A model generated the notes under the pieces. It was given only the letters and a program-made list of their open reading frames with translations, was not told where the DNA came from and did not search any database. From the sequence record NZ_CP014093.1: a stretch of DNA of 64,000 nucleotides, one strand, 5' to 3'. The position numbers and the translations under genes are program-made. Below are positions 62,434 through 64,000 of this stretch, one piece after another; within the stretch, counting starts at the first letter, position 1, and the number at the start of each line of letters is the position of its first letter. Origin of the DNA: a plasmid.

Positions 62434-63273
62434 ATGGCATTTGGAGACTTCAGAAAATGGCTATCTGGCCAGCTAACCAAGGCGCGTCAAAAGGAAACCG
62501 CTTGGGTAGATTTAGGAAGCGCGATCGCAGAGTCAATTGAAACTCACGTAGAGTCATACATTGAAAAGCTTAAAGCGCGTTCTTCACTGTACGAAATGGA
62601 CAAAGAATCGCTGCTAGAAGACATTAAAGAGCTGCGAAAAATCTTCCCACTAGGCGAAGTGGCCGATGAGGACTTGCCACACGTTGTGATGCAGCGTAAG
62701 GACGAAATTCACTTTAAAAAGACCATTTATCCACTTATCTCAACGCTCGCGCGTGAATTTAAAGGGTTACGTGTTAAGTGGGAACGAATCTACGCGCCAG
62801 TAGACCAAGAGCAATTTCCATACGGCACGTTCTTAGTTCCCGAGTCAGAGTTAGAGCTGCAAAACGGACTAAACCCGAGCGACTTTTTTCTGACTAGTCG
62901 CGGTGCTATTCGCATCCCTTTGAACGACATTGCAGGTGAGGACGGCATTACCGAGGAAGCCATTCGAGCATTCGAAGCGAAGATTAAGCGAGTGGTGCAT
63001 CCTCTTATCCCATTACGAATTGTTTTAGATGGCCAATTGTATTCTATTGAATTTGAAGTCATGGATATGGTGGAAATACCTAGCTATTCTGACCATGTTA
63101 CGGTTGGAAAACAGACCACGACCGATATAGAATCAACACCGATCTATAAACAGGATTTCGTTCAAACTGGAACGACGACACAGGAAGAACGCCCTGCTAG
63201 CCCTATGTATGGTACACCTAGAATGGATGCGATCCCCTTAGATGCGATCTCCATTGATAGACGGTACTATTAA
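62434..63273 (+). CDS. tail/baseplate protein (gpI position)
   Basis: synteny only. Confidence 0.3.
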   Translation: MAFGDFRKWLSGQLTKARQKETAWVDLGSAIAESIETHVESYIEKLKARSSLYEMDKESLLEDIKELRKIFPLGEVADEDLPHVVMQRKDEIHFKKTIYPLISTLAREFKGLRVKWERIYAPVDQEQFPYGTFLVPESELELQNGLNPSDFFLTSRGAIRIPLNDIAGEDGITEEAIRAFEAKIKRVVHPLIPLRIVLDGQLYSIEFEVMDMVEIPSYSDHVTVGKQTTTDIESTPIYKQDFVQTGTTTQEERPASPMYGTPRMDAIPLDAISIDRRYY

Positions 63274-63329
63274 CCCTATTCCTATTCCCCGTCCCATTAA
63301 AGCGCCACGACTTATACGAGGTCGTAAAG

Positions 63330-63791
63330 GTGCTTACACAAAAAGTAGTCCTATCGCAGTGTGAACTGCTTAATCGTTATTACGACGAACGCGCCTTGTC
63401 GTCGTTGCCTACCAATGGTACTGAGCCTTATTTCCAATTTGGCGATCTTGAATGGGGTTTTGACCTTATCCAAGAAATTGAGGGCAAGCCTAGCTGCATG
63501 CCTATCCCACTGGATAAGACAACCGTTGAAAACGTGTTTTACCGTTCTAAGGCGAACTACGCCTATGTGAACGGCAATATCGTAATCACGGCAAACTTGC
63601 CAGCGGGTACGCTAGCAGAAGATGAACAATACCAGTTCTCTTGCGTCGGCGTGAAAGATGCGAGCGGCGGTCTGATTCTAGTGGCTGTCACTCAACCAGT
63701 TTGGATCTACTCTGACCGTGGTCTATCGATAGAAATCGTGATTAACACGGCTCGCACGGATAGCGCTCAATTGGCGCAGGTAGGTGCCTAA
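63330..63791 (+). CDS. tail fibre or baseplate-associated protein (unknown)
   Basis: synteny only. Confidence 0.25.
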   Translation: MLTQKVVLSQCELLNRYYDERALSSLPTNGTEPYFQFGDLEWGFDLIQEIEGKPSCMPIPLDKTTVENVFYRSKANYAYVNGNIVITANLPAGTLAEDEQYQFSCVGVKDASGGLILVAVTQPVWIYSDRGLSIEIVINTARTDSAQLAQVGA

Positions 63792-64000
63792 TGAGTCGCC
63801 CAAACTTCGAAGAAACGATCATCATCCCGCCACTGCTAACGGACTGGCAAGCGCTACCGCTTATCACCGATACGCAGTACCTAGAACCACTGGCCAGTAA
63901 CAGCCTAAACCGTAAGTTTTACGGCATCGTTCGCGCTGGTATTTTCCGTGGTTTTGAATGTGCTCCGGCTGGTGGAATGAAACTGCGTGTGAGCAGTGGT
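63790..64000 (+). CDS. 5' part of a further tail gene running off the window
   Basis: open reading frame from ATG 63790 to the window end. Confidence 0.2.

Overview
This 64-kb window reads as Vibrio-like DNA in three parts. I could not run any searches, so every family assignment below comes from reading the translations.

**Positions 1 to ~23,000 (chromosomal-type genes with mobile and cassette-like insertions):**
- c-di-GMP genes: a GGDEF-EAL protein (apparently frameshifted) and a Cache-GGDEF diguanylate cyclase.
- Three remote attC-like repeats carrying a ykgJ-like cassette, a ccdAB toxin-antitoxin cassette and a permease fragment.
- An IS200/IS605-family element with divergent tnpA and tnpB.
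- An arsR-like regulator with an ArsP-like permease, plus a pentapeptide-repeat protein.
- cspA, an aconitase gene (frameshifted), nhaA and hflKC (hflK frameshifted).
- An AT-rich islet carrying a second csp paralog.
- A ~2.1-kb bacterial group II intron on the minus strand, with a recognisable domain V and a reverse-transcriptase/maturase ORF interrupted by an in-frame stop.

**Positions ~23,400 to 36,500 (integron cassette array):**
- About 13 VCR-like attC repeats (~120 bp, imperfect inverted repeats) separate single-gene cassettes, most encoded on the minus strand.
- Cassettes include a GNAT acetyltransferase, an OsmC-like protein, a DUF1778/GNAT TA pair, a P-loop kinase, several hypotheticals and a Phd/ParE TA pair.
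- An IS110-family element has inserted into one attC and is itself split by an IS30-family element.
- A second, inverted IS30 copy is present, and the ~1.9-kb segment between the two copies is inverted.
- No integron integrase is present in the window.

**Positions ~37,600 to 64,000 (phage-like region):**
- A PAAR-like tip protein, a gpV/gp5-like spike and an upstream hub-position ORF.
- An amidase/holin lysis pair.
- A gp23-like capsid candidate, sheath-like and tube-like proteins.
- A ~6.5-kb accessory island that includes a Fic protein and an AT-rich insertion of ~3.2 kb bounded by 23-bp direct repeats.
- A tail module with a tube-family protein, a chaperone with a frameshift partner, a 904-aa tape measure, and gp25-, gpJ- and gpI-like baseplate genes.
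- No portal, terminase or phage integrase was recognised.

No rRNA, tRNA or CRISPR array was found. Many genes carry single frameshifts, which may reflect sequence quality rather than biology.
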